Notes under the pieces: generated by a model
Told to the model about the DNA's origin: nothing
Seen by the model: only the letters and a program-made list of their open reading frames with translations
Database searches by the model: none
Assembly (NCBI GenBank): GCA_030390025.1
Contig: CM059431.1
Span: 124,374,001-124,438,000 of the forward strand
Direction: 5' to 3'
From: Squalus acanthias
Lineage: Eukaryota
Length of the DNA stretch: 64,000 nt
In this document: one piece after another, positions 23,906 to 36,901 of the stretch
How the letters are laid out: every line of letters starts with the position of its first letter
Numbering within the stretch: position 1 is the first letter of the stretch
Position numbers and translations under genes: made by a program

Positions 23906-25545
23906 TAAGTGTTGGAAATGTTGCAGTATCAAAAGTAAGACAAATGAACCTGATAAATTTTTCTCAGGAGCAAAATTCCTTCAAGCAGGAAAACCTCAAA
24001 TGGGGCAAAACGCCTGTCTGCTTCTGTCAAAGTGACAAGGCAGCATTGTTTGCCGACAAAAAAAAACAGGAGTTCAAGCCTTTAAATAGAGCTCCTGCTG
24101 CTCCCAGCCGACTGCAAACCACCTCCTCTACCTGTCGTTCCTAATGGCAGGTGCTGAGGCAGGGGGCGACAATGAATTTCCGGTCCGGGCCGCTCCCGGG
24201 GCAATGAGCGGCTGGATGACATCACGATATTCGGGCACAGGAGATCGTAGCGGTAGTGTTTAGCGTCACCGCAAACAGCCAGGTGAATTTCGCCGGCAGT
24301 GCTAACATTGCCGCGCCTGGGCGGTAAGTCGTTAGCGCCCCCCTGGAGGCGCTAACAGGAAGCACTAGCCAACCGAATTTCTCCCCCTTTGTTCCAGGAG
24401 GCAGTCACACAGTAGTACTTAAGAGTTAGTCAATGGTCAGTGACAGGAGGGTGTGACTGCGAGTCAGGAAGGTATGGGGACCCAGGATATATTGATGGAG
24501 GAGCCTCAGACCTTGTCCAACGGGTATGAGCTACTTTCTACCTGTATGGATAAGAACAAGGACCCCAGTGAGGATGGGCAAACTGACCACGGCACCATGG
24601 TGAGTAAAAAGGAATGTGGTAGTGGTAGGCGACAGTATAGTCAGGGGGATAGATACAGTTCTTTGCAGCTGCAACAGGGAGCCGTGTTGCCTGCCCAGTG
24701 CCAGGGTTAAGGACATCTCCTCACAGCTGGAGAAGAACTTGGACTGGGAGGGGGAGGATCCAGTTGTTGTGGTCCACGTAGGAACCAACGACATAGGTAG
24801 AATTAAGAACGAGTTTCTGCTGAGGGAGTTTGAGGAGCTAGGGTTTAAATTAATAAGCAGAATCTCAAAGGTAACTGTTATAGGAGCCATGTGCAAATTG
24901 ACATAGGGACAAACAGATTAGAGAGTTAAATGTGTGGCTCAAAGAGTGGTGTGGCGCAAATAGAGATAAATGGCTTTGATATAATAGCCATTACAGAGAC
25001 ATGGTTGTAAGGTGACCAAGGTTGAGAATTAAATATTCCAGGGTACTTGATGTTTCAAAAAGACAGGCAGGTTAGAACAGGTGGTCGGGTATTCCTGATA
25101 ATTAAGGATGCCATAAGGACAGTAGCGAGAAAAGACCTTGGCTCGGAAGATCAGGAAGTAGATCAGTATTGGTGGAAATAAGAAATAATATGAGGCGGAA
25201 ACCAATGGTGGGAGTAATTTATAGGCCCCCTAACAGTAGCTCTACCATAGGACAGAGTACTAATTGAGAAATAATAGGAACTTGTAACAAAGGTAATGCA
25301 ATAATCATGGGGGACTTTAATCTTCATATAGATTGGGCAAATCAAATTGGCAAGGAGTTCATAGAATGCATTCAAGACAGTTTCCTACAACAATATGTCA
25401 TGGAACCAACCAGGGAACAGGCTATTTTAGATCTCATGTTGTTTAATGAGACAGAGTTAATTAGTAATCTCATAGTAAAGGATCCTTTAGGGAAGAGTGA
25501 TCATAATATGAAGAATTTCACATTAAGTTTGAGAGTGACATTCTT

Positions 25546-26837
25546 AACAACAACAACTTACATTTATATAGTGCCTTTAACTTAGTAAAATGTTCCAAGG
25601 CGCTTCTCAGAAGTGTTATAAGACAAAAAATTAACACCGAGCCACATAAAAAATTAGGGCAGATGACCAATAGCTTGGTCAAAGAGGTAGATTTCAAGGA
25701 GCATCTTAAAGGAGGAAAGAGAGGTAGAGAGGCGGAGAGGTTTAGGGAGCGAGTTCCAGAGCTTAGGGCCTTGGCAACAGAAGGCACTTCCACCGATTGT
25801 TGAGCGATTATAATCAGAGATGCTCAAGACGGCCGAATTTAAGGAGCACAGATATCTCGGAGGGTTGTGGGGCTGCAGGAGATTACAGAGATAGGGAGGG
25901 GCGAGGCCATATAGGGATTTGAAAATAAGGATGAGAATTTTGAAATCAAGGCGTTGCTTAACCGGGAGCCAATGTAGGTCAGCGAGCACAGGGGTGATGG
26001 GTGAAGAGGACTTGGTGTGAGTTAGTACAGGGCAGCCGAGTTTTGGATCTGCTCAAGTTTACGTCGGGTGGAATGTGGAAGGCCAGCCAGGAGTGCGTTG
26101 GAATAGTCAAGTCTAGAGGTAACAAAGGCATGGATGAGGGTTTCAGTAGCAGATGAGCTGAGGCAGGGGCGGAGACGGACAATGTTACAGAGGTGGAAAT
26201 AGGCGGTCTTAGTTATGCCGCGGATATGTGGTCGGAAGGTAATTTGAGGGTCAAATATGACACCAAGGTTGCGAACAGTCTGGTTCAGCCTCAGACAGAT
26301 GCTAGGGAGAGGGATGGAATCGATGGCTAGGGAAAGGAGTTTGTGGAGGGGCCCGAAGACAGTGGCTTCAGTTTTCCCAATATTGAATTGGAGAAAATTT
26401 CTGCTCATCAGTACTGAATGTCGGACAAGCCATGTGTCAATTTAGAGACCGTGGAGGGATCAAGAGAAGTGGTGGTGAGATAGAGCTGGGTATCATCAGC
26501 ATACATGTGGAAACTGACGCCGTGCTTTCGGATGATGTCGCCAAGGGCGATGAGAAATAGGAGGGGGCCAAGGATTGATCCTTGGGGGACCCTAGAGGTA
26601 ACGATGCGGGAGTGGGAAGAGAAGCCATTGCAGGTGATTTTCTGGCTATGATTAGATAGATAAGAATGGAACCAGGCGAGTGCAGTCGCACCCAACTGGA
26701 CAATGGTGGAGAGGTGTTGGAGGAGGATAGAGTGGTCAACGGTGTCAAAGACTGCAGACAGATCGAGAAGGAGGAGGAGGGATAGCTTACCTTTGTCACA
26801 GTCACAAAGGATGTCACTTGTGACTTTGATGAGAGCC
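25546..26837 (-). mobile_element. 5'-truncated L2 LINE inserted in a CR1
   Basis: VPQGSILGPLLF, FHMYADDTQLY, SRLDYSNALL and LHWLPVKQR motifs, with a (TTG)n tail. Confidence 0.93.
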
Positions 26838-27253
26838 TAGTGTCTTCAACTTAAATAAAGCCAATTAGTAGGTAGGGGGGTGATTTCGCTAAGGTAGATT
26901 GGGAAACTAGATTAAAAGGTATGACGGTAGATAAGCCGTGGAAAACAGTTAAATAAATATTCCAATATTCTCAATGAATATACATTCCATTGAGAAATAA
27001 AAAACTCCACAGGAAAAGTGATCCAACCGTGGCCAACTAAAGAAGTTAAGGCTAGTATTACATTAAAAGAAGAGGCTTATAATGTTGTGAAGAATAGTAG
27101 TAAGCCTGATGATTGGGAGAGTATCAGGAACCAGCAAAGGATGACCAAAAAATTGATAAAAAGGGAGAAAACGGAATATGAGAGTAAATTAGCAAGAAAT
27201 GTAAGAAAAGATTTTAAGCGCTTCAGGGCGGGAAAAAGAGTGGTAGAGCTATA

Positions 27254-27754
27254 GTGATAGGGGACTCAATTGTAAGGGGAATAGACAGGAGTTTCTGTGG
27301 CTGCAACCGAGATTCCAGGATGGTATGTTGCCTCCCTGGTGCAAGGGTCAAGGATGTCTCGGAGCGGCTGCAGAACATTCTGGAAAGGGAGGGTGAAGAG
27401 CCAGCTGTCATGGTGCATGTAGGTACCAACGATATAGGTAAAAAGCGGGAAGAGGTCCTACAAGCAGAATTTAGGGAGCTAGGAGCTAAATTGAAAAGTA
27501 GGACCTCAAAGGTAGTAATCTCTGGGTTGCTACCAGTGCCACGTGCTAATCAGAGTAGCATGAACAGGATAGCGAGATTAAATACGTGGCTTGAGCAGTG
27601 GTGCAGGAGGGAGGGATTCAAATACCTGAGGCATTGGAAACAGTTCTGGGGGAAGTGGGACCTGTACAAAAGGGACGGTCTGCACTTGGGCAGGACTGGA
27701 ACCGATGTCTTCGGGGTAATATTTGCTAAGGCAGTTCGGGAGGATTTAAACTAA
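27254..27754 (+). CDS. CR1 ORF1p SGNH-type esterase domain (5'-truncated)
   Basis: IGDSIVRG, PGAR, HVGTND and DGLHL blocks in one open frame. Confidence 0.85.
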   Translation: MIGDSIVRGIDRSFCGCNRDSRMVCCLPGARVKDVSERLQNILEREGEEPAVMVHVGTNDIGKKREEVLQAEFRELGAKLKSRTSKVVISGLLPVPRANQSSMNRIARLNTWLEQWCRREGFKYLRHWKQFWGKWDLYKRDGLHLGRTGTDVFGVIFAKAVREDLN

Positions 27755-27801
27755 TATGGCAGGGGAATGGGAACCTATGTAGCGAAACAGGGGGAAGTAA
27801 T

Positions 27802-30739
27802 ATGCAGTCAGAAACAAATGTTAGAAGGGTGAGAAACAATAAGGGAAATCCGAGTAAACAAAGGCAAGAAACACAAAGGGCCATACTAAATCATAAGTCT
27901 AAAAGGACAAAGGGTGTTAATAAAACAAGCCTAAAGGCTCTGTGTCTTAATGCAAGGAGTATCCGTAATAAGGTGGATGAATTGACTGTGCAAATTGATG
28001 TTAACGGATATGATGTGATTGGGATTACAGAGACGTGGCTCCAGAACAATCAAGGCTGGCAACTGAATATCCAGGGGTATTCAACATTCAGGAAGGATAG
28101 AATAAAAGGAAAAGGGGGTGGGGTAGCATTGCTGATTAAAAAGGAGATTAATGCAATAGCTAGGAAGGACATTAGCTTGGAGGATGTGGAATCAATATGG
28201 GTTGAGCTGCAGAACACCAAAGGGCAGAAAACGTTAGTGGGGGTTGTGTACAGACCTCCAAACAGTAGTAGTGTGGTGGGGGAGGGTATGAAACAGGAAA
28301 TCAGAGGTGCATGCAAAAAAGGCGCAGCAGTTATCATGGGTGACTTTAATATGCATATAGATTGGGCTACTCAAACTGGAAGCAATACGGTGGAGGAGGA
28401 TTTCCTGGAGTGTTTAAGGGATGGATTCCTAAACCAATATGTTGAGGAACCAACTAGAGGGGAGGCCATCCTGGACTGGGTGTTGTGTAATGAGGAAGGA
28501 CTAATCAGCAATCTTGTGGTGCGAGGCCCCTTGGGGAAGAGTGACCATAGTATGGTGGAGTTCTACATTTGGATGGAGAAGGAAACAGTTAATTCAGAGA
28601 CCATGGTCCAGAACTTAAATAAGGGCAACTTTGAGGGTATGAGGCGTGAATTGGCGAGGTTAGATTGGCAAGCGATATTTAAGGGGTTATCAGTGGAAGG
28701 GCAATGGCAGACATTTAGAGATCGCATGGATGAACTACAGCAATTGTACATCCCTGTCTGGCGTAAAAATAAAAAAGGGAAGGTGGCTCAACCATGGCTA
28801 ACAAGGGAAATCAGGGATAGTATTAAAAGCAAGGAAGTGGCATACAAATTGGCCAGAAGTAGCAGCAAACCCGGGGACTGAGAGAACTTTAAAACACAGC
28901 AGAGGAGGACGAAGGGTTTGATTAGGGCAGGGAAAATAAAATATGAAAGGAAGCTTGTGGAGAACATTAAAATGGACTGCAAAAGCTTCTATAAATATGT
29001 AAAAAGAAAGAGGTTAGTAAAAACAAACGTAGGTCCCCTGCAGTCAGAAACAGGGGAAGTCATAATGGGGAACAAAGAAATGGCAGATCAATTGAACAAG
29101 TACTTTGGTTCGGTGTTTACTGTGGAGGACACAAACAACCTTCCGGAAATAAAAGAGATCAAAGGATCTGGTAAGAGGGAGGAGCTGAGGGAAATCCTTA
29201 TCAGTCGGGAAAAGGTGTTGGGGAAATTGATGGGACTGAAGGCTGATAAATCCCCAGGGCCTGATGGTCTGCATCCCAGAGTACTTAAGGAGGTGGCCTT
29301 GGAAATAGTGGATGCATTGACGATCATTTTCCAACATTCCTTAGACTCTGGATCAGTTCCGAAGGAGTGGAGGGTGGCTAATGTAATCATTCTTTTTAAA
29401 AAAGGAGGGAGGGAGAAAGCAGGGAATTATAGACCGGTCAGCCTGACATCGGTGGTGGGTAAAATGATGGAATCAATTATTAAAGATGTCATAACAGACC
29501 ATTTGGAAAGTGGCGACATGATAGGTCCAAGTCAGCATGGATTTGTGATAGGGAAATCATGCTTGACAAATCTTCTGGAATTTTTTGAGGATGTTTCCAA
29601 TAGGGTGGACGGGGGGGAACCAGTGGATGTGGTGTATTTGGACTTTCAGAAGGCCTTCGACAAGGTCCCACACAAGAGATTGGTGTGCAAAGTTAAAGCA
29701 CATGGGATTGGGGGTAATGTGTTGACGTGGATTGAGAACTGGTTGGCACACAGGAAACAAAGAGTAGGAGTAAATGGGTACTTTTCAGAATGGCAGGCAG
29801 TGACCAGCGGGGTACCTGCAGGGTTCGGTGCTGGGGCCCCAGCTGTTTACATTATATATTAATGATTTGGACGAAGGGATTAATTGTAATATCTCCAAAT
29901 TTGCGGATGACACTAAATTGGGAGGCAGTGTGAACAATGAGGAGGATGCTAGGAGGCTACAGAGTGACTTGGACAGGTTGGGTGAATGGGCAAATGTATG
30001 GCAGATGAAGTACAATGTGGATAAATGTGAAGTTATCCACTTTGGTGGTAAAAATAGGGAGGCAGACTATTACCTGAATGGTGGCAGATTAGGGAAAGGG
30101 GAGGTGCAACGAGACCTGGGCGTCATGGTACATCAGTCACTGAAGGTGGGAAGGCAAGTGCAGCAGGCAGTCAAGAAAGCAAATGGCATGATGGCCTTCA
30201 TAGCAAGGGGATTTGAGTACAGGAGTAGGGAGGTGATGCTACAGTTGTACAGGGCCTTGGTGAGGCCACACCTGGAGTATTGTGTGCAGTTTTGGTCTCC
30301 TAACTTGAGGAAGGACATTCTTGCTATTGAGGGAGTGCAACGAAGGTTCACTAGATTGATTCCTGGGATGGCCAGACTGACATATCAAGAAAGACTGGAT
30401 CAACTGAACTTGTATCCTCTGGAGTTCAGAAGAATGAGGGGGGAACTTATAGAGACGTTTAAAATCCTGACTGGTTTAGACAAATTAGATGTGGGCAGAA
30501 TGTTTCCAATGTTAGGGAAAACTAAAACCAGGGGTCACGGTCTAAGGATAAAGGGGAAGCCATTTAAGACTGAGATGAGGAGGAACTTTTTCACCCAGAG
30601 AGTGGTGAATCTGTGGAATTCTCTACCACAGAAGGTTGTTGAGGCCAGTTCGCTAAATATATTCAAAAGGGAGTTAGATATAATACTCACAACTAGGGGG
30701 ATCAAGGGGTATGGCGAGAAAGCAGGAATGGGGTACTGA
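27802..30739 (+). pseudogene. CR1 ORF2p (APE endonuclease and reverse transcriptase), one stop and one frameshift
   Basis: NARSI, ITETWL, GDFN, SDH, then PGPDG, AFDKVPH, FADD. TGA at 28879-28881 replaces Trp. One extra base near 29817. Confidence 0.93.
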
Positions 30740-31942
30740 GGTAGCATGTTCAGCCATGAACGCATTGAATGGCGGTGCAGGCTCGAAGGACCGAATGGTC
30801 TACTCCTGCACCTATTTTCTATGTTTCTATGTTTCTACAAGTATGTAAAAAGGAAGAGTGTAGCAAAAGCAAGCATTGGTCCCTTAGAGGCTGAGACAGG
30901 AGAACTTATATTGGGGAACAAAGAAATGGCAGTGACCTTAAATAAATATTTTGTATCTGTTTTCACAGTAGAAGACACAAAATGTATACCAAAAATAGTG
31001 GGGAACCAAGGGGCTAACGAGAGTGAGGAACTTAAAGTAATTTGTATCAGTAGAGAAAAAGTACTTGGGAAACTAATGGGACTAAAAGCCAACACATTCC
31101 CTGCACCTGATGGACTATATCCTAGGGTTCGAAAAGAGGTGGTTGCTGAGATAGTGGATGCATTGCTTGTGATCTTCCAAAATTCCCTAGATTCTGGAAA
31201 GGTCCCAATGGATTGGAAGATAGCTAATGTAACATCGCTATTCAAGAAAGGAGGGAGAGAGAAATCAGGGCACTACAGGCCAGTTAGCCTGACATCAGTT
31301 GTCAAGAAAATGCTGGAATCCATTACTAAGGAAGTGGTAACAGGGCACTTAAAAAAACCTAATATGATTAGGCAGAGGCAACACGAATTTATGATAGGGA
31401 AATCGTGTTTGACAAATTTATTAAGAGTTTTTTGAGGATGTAACTAGCAGGGTAGCTAAAGGGGAACCAGTGGATGTGTTATATTTGGATTTCCAAAAGG
31501 CATTCGATAGGGTGCCACATAAAAGGTTGTTATACAAGATAAGGGCTCATGGAAATGGAGGTAATGTATTTGCATGGATAGAGGATTGGTTAATGGACAG
31601 AAAACAGAGAGTTGGGATAAACGGGTCATTTTCAGATTGGCAGGCTGTAACTAGTGGGGTGCTGCAAGGATCAGTGCTTGGGTCTCAGATATTTACAATC
31701 TTAATTAATGACTTAGATGAAGGGACTGAGTGAAATGTACCCAAGTTTGCTGATGATACAAAGCTAGGTGGGAAAGTAAGCTGTGAGGAGGAGACAAAGA
31801 CCCCTCAAAGGGATATAGACAGTGGGCAATAAGGTGGCAGATGGAGTATAATGTGGGGAAATGTGAGGTTTTTTAAATGGTGAGAAACTATTAAATGTTG
31901 GTGTTCAGAGAGATTTAGGTGTCCTCGTACAAGAAACACAGA

Positions 31943-33313
31943 GGCTGTGATTTCCTCTACCTCGGCGGGTCTGGTGCAGTCAGGGTTGGTGGCGGATCCT
32001 GACCTCGCTGCTGGCTCGAGCCTGTACTGTAGAATGATTTTGCGTTGATTGGGCTTGTTAAGCCCTCCCAGTGCGTTTGCCGGCCAATTGAAGGAAGCGG
32101 GTCTGATGACGTCACTTGATGACGTGTCATCAGCCGGTTTCCTTAAAGGGACCATGCGCAAATTTATTTTGACATTTGTGCTGTCAGTATTCTAAAAGCA
32201 TTGAGGTGCTGCAAACACTGACAAGCACTGCAGAGAGGAGCACAGCTGCACACAGGCTCTCCCATGACTCCCTCCATATGCAGGGAGGTTCTCTTCCCTT
32301 CCAATGGGTAGAAGAGACCTCTGCAGGAGATCAACGCAGCCTGGTTGCACATTGCACAGGAGGACACAAGTAGGGATGTCGTCAGGAGGACCAGACTGCA
32401 GTGGCGCAAACCTTTCAATGAGCTCAGTAGATCATGAAACGTTACTGCAAAGCCACACTCAACCTCATCCTGCTCTGCCCCTCATCACATCCCCCTTACT
32501 CTGCCCGTCATCACATCCCCCTCACTCTGCCTTCCCTGCACATCCTTACTCACACAAACTTACCTTGCACCTCCACCCATCCCTCTCTATCCACATTATC
32601 ACTTCCCCATCTCACTAGCCACTCCTCACACTCATCCTCATCCTAGTCCAATCATACCAACTAACAACAGACAAGGGTAGGCACTTGGGGGTTTTAGCAA
32701 ATGTTCATGTGAAGTTTCTGTTTATGTGGTGTCAAACATTGAAACCTTTATTTTCAACACTTTGCGTTCTTGGACAGATCTGTGTGCACCTTTGGAAGTG
32801 GCTTAGTGAGTTGCAGTGAATGGTGAGACATAACAGTACCCCCCACAATGGTCATGGGTGTGAAAGGAATGGCTTGGGCATTGTAGCGATGCTTTATGTT
32901 GTTGGTGTGGGGTGGTGCCATCCTGGTGCATCATGTGGCAGCGAGGGTGTACAGCGTCAAGGGAAGAAAATCTAGCTATGGTGAGACCATCCCTGACCTC
33001 CCAAGCAGCAATGTGGTTGGGTGCTGATGCCCTTTGTTCTGTGCAGCATCAGGTGATTGCGGAGAAGGTTGGTGTTGTTGTTGGTGCTGCTGGTGTGCCT
33101 GGTGCTGCTGGTGTTGGGGCTGATTGTAGAGGGATTCTGAGGACCAAGGTGAGATAGTTTCAAGGGCATCAATGCTGATCTAATAGATGGCAGGTGAACT
33201 TGAGATGACAGAAACGATCTGTCAATGGTGAGAGGTTGTTCCAATGAGGTGACACTGAATGCAGAGTTTACTCCAAACACATGCAACTTGCATAAAGCTT
33301 CTGAGCTTGGAAA
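31943..33313 (+). mobile_element. Truncated Harbinger-type element inserted in the CR1 3' region
   Basis: Starts GGCTGTGATTTC. Homologous in reverse to 969-1916. Decayed Myb exon at about 32230-32435. Confidence 0.75.
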
Positions 33314-33792
33314 GTGAACAGCTATGAGATGGAAGCTTGGATAGATGCTGAGAGATTGTTTCCCATAACTGGAGAGTCCAGAACTAGGGGGCATAGTCTC
33401 AGGTTAAGGGGTCAGCCTTTTAAGACTGAGACGAGGAGGAACTTCTTCACTCAGAGTGTTGTGAATCTTTGGAATTCTTTATCCCAAAGGGCTGTGGATG
33501 GTCAGTCATTGAGTATATTCAAGGCTGAGATAGATAGTATTTGGACTCTAGGGGTATCAAGGGATATGGAGATTGGGCAGGAAAGTGGTGTTGAGGTCGT
33601 AGATCAGCCATGACCTTATTGAATGGCGGAGCAGACTTGAGGGGCCGTATGGCCTACTCCTGCTCATAATTCTTCTGTTTTTATGTTCTTATAGGCTAGG
33701 CTGAGAACTGAATTTTGTATTTGCATTTTTTTACATTGCTACAGAATTTTTATATTAGTAAAGAAATATTGTGATTCTACTATCTACTTTGA

Positions 33793-36700
33793 ACATAAGA
33801 ACATAAGACATAAGAGCAGGAGTAGGTCATTTGGCCCCTCGAGCCTGCTCCACCATTCAGTAAGATCATAGCTGATCTGATCTTGGCCTCAACTCCACTT
33901 CCCTGTCTGCTCCCCATAACCCTTGACTCCCATACCTTTCAAAAATCTGTCTATCTCCACCTTAAATATATTAAATGACCCAGCCTCCACAGCTCTCTGG
34001 GGAAGAGAATTCCAACGATTCACGACCCTCTGAGAGAAGAAATTACTCCTCATTTCCAAATTAAAAGGGTGCCCCCTTATTCTGAAATTATGCCCCCTAG
34101 TTCTAGATTCCCCCACGAGGCGAAACATCCTCTTTGCATCTACCCTGTCAAGCCCCTTCAGAATCTTATATGTTTCAATAAGATCCCCTCTCATTCTTCT
34201 AAACTCCAATGAGCAAAGGCCCAACCTGCTCAACCTTTCTTCATAAGACAACCCCTTCATCTCCGGAATCAACCTCATGAACCTTCTCTGAACTGCCTCC
34301 AATACAAGTATATCCTTTCTTAAATAAGGAGACCAAAACTGTACGCAGTACTCCAGGTGTGGTCTCACCAACGCCCTGTACAGTTGCAACAGGACTTCCC
34401 TACTTTTATACTCCATTCCCTTTGCAATAAAGGCCAACATTCCATTTGCCTTCCTAATTACTTGCTGTACCTGCATGCTAACTTTTTTGTGATTCATGTA
34501 CATGGACCCCCAGATCCCTCTGTACCTCAGCATTTTGTAATCTCTCCCCATTTAAATAATAATTTGCTTTTTTATTTTTCCTACCAAAGTGGATAACCTC
34601 GCATTTTCCCACATTAAACTCCATCTGCCAGATTTTTGTCCACTCACTTAGCCTATCTATATCCCTTTGGAGATTCTTTGCATCCTCCACACAATTTTCT
34701 TTCCCACCTATCTTTGTATCATCAGTAAATTTGGCTACATTACACTCAGTCCCTTCATCCAAGTAATTAATACAGATTGTAAATAATTGAGGCCCCAGCA
34801 CTGATCCCTGCGGCACCCCACTAGTTACAGTTTGCCAACCTGAAAATTACCCATTTATCCCGACTCTCTGTTTTCTATTAGTTAGCCAATCCTCTAACCA
34901 TGCTAATATATTACCCTCAACCCCGTGAGCTCTTATCTTGTGTAGTAACCTTTTATGTGGCAACTTATCGAATGCCTTCTGGAAATCTAAATACATGACA
35001 TCTACTGGTTCCCCTTTATCCTCCCTGCTCGTTACATCCTCAAAGAATTCCAGCAAATTTGTCAAGCATGATTTCCCTTTCATAAAACCATGCTGACTCT
35101 GCTTGACTATATTATGATTTTCTAAATGTCCTGCTACCACTTCCTTAATGATGGACTCCAGCATTTTCCCAATGACAGATTTTAGGCTAACTGGTCGATA
35201 GTTGCCTGCTTTCTGTCTCCCTCCTTTCTTAAATAGGGGCGTTTCATTTGCGGTTTTCCAGTCTGCCGGGACCTCTCCAGAAACCAAGGAATTTTGGTAG
35301 ATTACAACCAATGCATCCACTATCTCTGCAGCCACCTCTTTCAAGACTCTAGGATGCAGGCCATCGGGTCCAGGGGACTTGTTCACTTTTAGTTCCATTA
35401 GTTTGCCTAGTACTTTCTCTCTAGTGATAGTGATTGTTTTAAGTTCCCCCGCCCCCTCCCCCCACCCCAATAGCCCCTTGATTATCCATTATTGGGATGC
35501 TTTTAGTGTCTTCTATCGTGAAGACCGATACAAAATATTTGTTCAAAGTCTCCACCATTTCCCTGTTTCCCATTATTAATTCCCCAGACTCATCCTCTAG
35601 GGGACCAACGTTTACTTTAGCTACTCTCTTCGTCTTTATATACCTGTAGAAGCTCTTACTGTCTGTTTTTATATTTCTTGCTAGCTTACTCTCATTAGCT
35701 ATCTTCTCTCGCTTTATCATTTTTTTAGTCGTCCTTTGCTGGTTTTTAAACATTTCCCAATCCTCTGGCCTTTCACTATTCTTCGCAACATTGTATGCTT
35801 TTGTTTTCAATTTGATACCATCCTTTACTTCCTTAGTTAGCCACGGATGGTTCATCCTTCTCTTAGAGTCTTTCTTTCTCACTGGAATATATATTTGCTG
35901 AGAGTTATGAAATATCTCCTTAAATGTTTGCCACTGCTTTTCTACAGTCTTACCCTGTAATATATTTTCCCAGTCCACTTTAACCAAGTCTGCCTTCATA
36001 CCTTTGTAATTACCTTTGTTTAAGTATAGGACACTAGTTTGAGACCTAGCTTTCTCACCCTCAAACTTAATTTGAAATTCTACCATGCTATGATCACTCT
36101 TCCCAAGAGGATCTTCACTTCGAGATCATTAATTAATCCAGCCTTGTTACACATTACCAGATCTAAAATAGTCTTCTCCCTGGTTTGTTCCACAACATAT
36201 TGTTCCAAGAAACCATCCCGTATACACTCAAAGAACTCTTCCTCAAGTCTACCTTTGCCAATTTGCTTTGTCCAATCAATATGAAGATTAAAATCTCCCA
36301 TGATTATAGTCGTACCTTTCTTACAAGCCTCTATTATTTCTTGATTTATACTCTGTCCTACAGTGTAACTACTGTTTGGGGGCCTGTAGACCACTCCCAC
36401 CAGTGACTTCTTACCCTTATATCTTATCTCCACCCAAACTGATTCTACATCTTGATCTTCTAGGCCAATATCATTTCTCATTACTGCACTGATCTCATCC
36501 TTTATTAACAGAGCTACACCACCTCCTTTTCCTTTCTGCCTATCCTTACGAAATGGCAAATACCCCTGAATATTCAGTTCCCAGCCTTGTTCACCTTGCA
36601 ACCACGTCTCTGTAATGGCTATCAGATCATACCCATTTATTTCTATTTGTGCTGTCAACTCATCTATCTTGTTATGAATGCTGCGTGTGTTCAGATATAG

Positions 36701-36901
36701 AGCTTTTAATGTTGTCTTTTTACCATTTTTCCCTACTCTGACAGCTCTTTCTGATGCACTCTTATGTGTATACGCTCTGTCCCTGCCTGTCACACTCTGG
36801 TTATCATTACCCCTATCGCTACCCTGCACTTTTGCCTTCTCATTTTTCTTTGACTTTTTAATTTCTGCTCAGCGTATCCCTCCCCCCCACTATTTAGTTT
36901 A
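33793..36901 (-). mobile_element. CR1 LINE spanning all of ORF2 (several frameshifts)
   Basis: ORFs 36080..36829, 35439..36086, 34847..35470, 34478..34816 and 33889..34551 give APE then RT in order. (TTCTTATG)n-like tail at 33793-33815. Confidence 0.95.

Larger units (their letters stand above)
20162..24387 (+). mobile_element. Full-length PIF/Harbinger transposon (4226 bp, family A copy 3)
   Basis: TIRs GGGGGAAAATTCGTT and AACCGAATTTCTCCCCC. TTT on both flanks (20159-20161, 24388-24390). Excision restores CR1 ORF1 codons L-D-T-L-F-Q-E-A-V-T. Confidence 0.95.
27225..30835 (+). mobile_element. Young CR1 LINE nested in the same orientation inside the older CR1
   Basis: Esterase ORF1 part, near-intact ORF2 and (TTTCTATG)n tail. 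The host frame ..aag cgc ttc | tac aag tat gta.. is restored on removal. Confidence 0.92.
19600..33690 (+). mobile_element. Old, apparently 5'-complete CR1 LINE (5' UTR, ORF1 Cys-rich/zipper plus esterase, ORF2 APE-RT, tail) broken by four insertions
   Basis: Segments 19600-20161, 24391-25545, 26838-27224, 30836-31942 and 33314-33690 are colinear: CxxC..CxxC ORF1 start, VVVGDSIVRG..HVGTND, APE MGDFN, RT, then the CR1 tail. Internal deletion near 24955, so a chimera of two copies cannot be excluded. Confidence 0.75.

Noticed and set aside
28050..31245. Several minus-strand ORFs of 60-136 aa
   Set aside because: Antisense shadows of CR1 ORF2.
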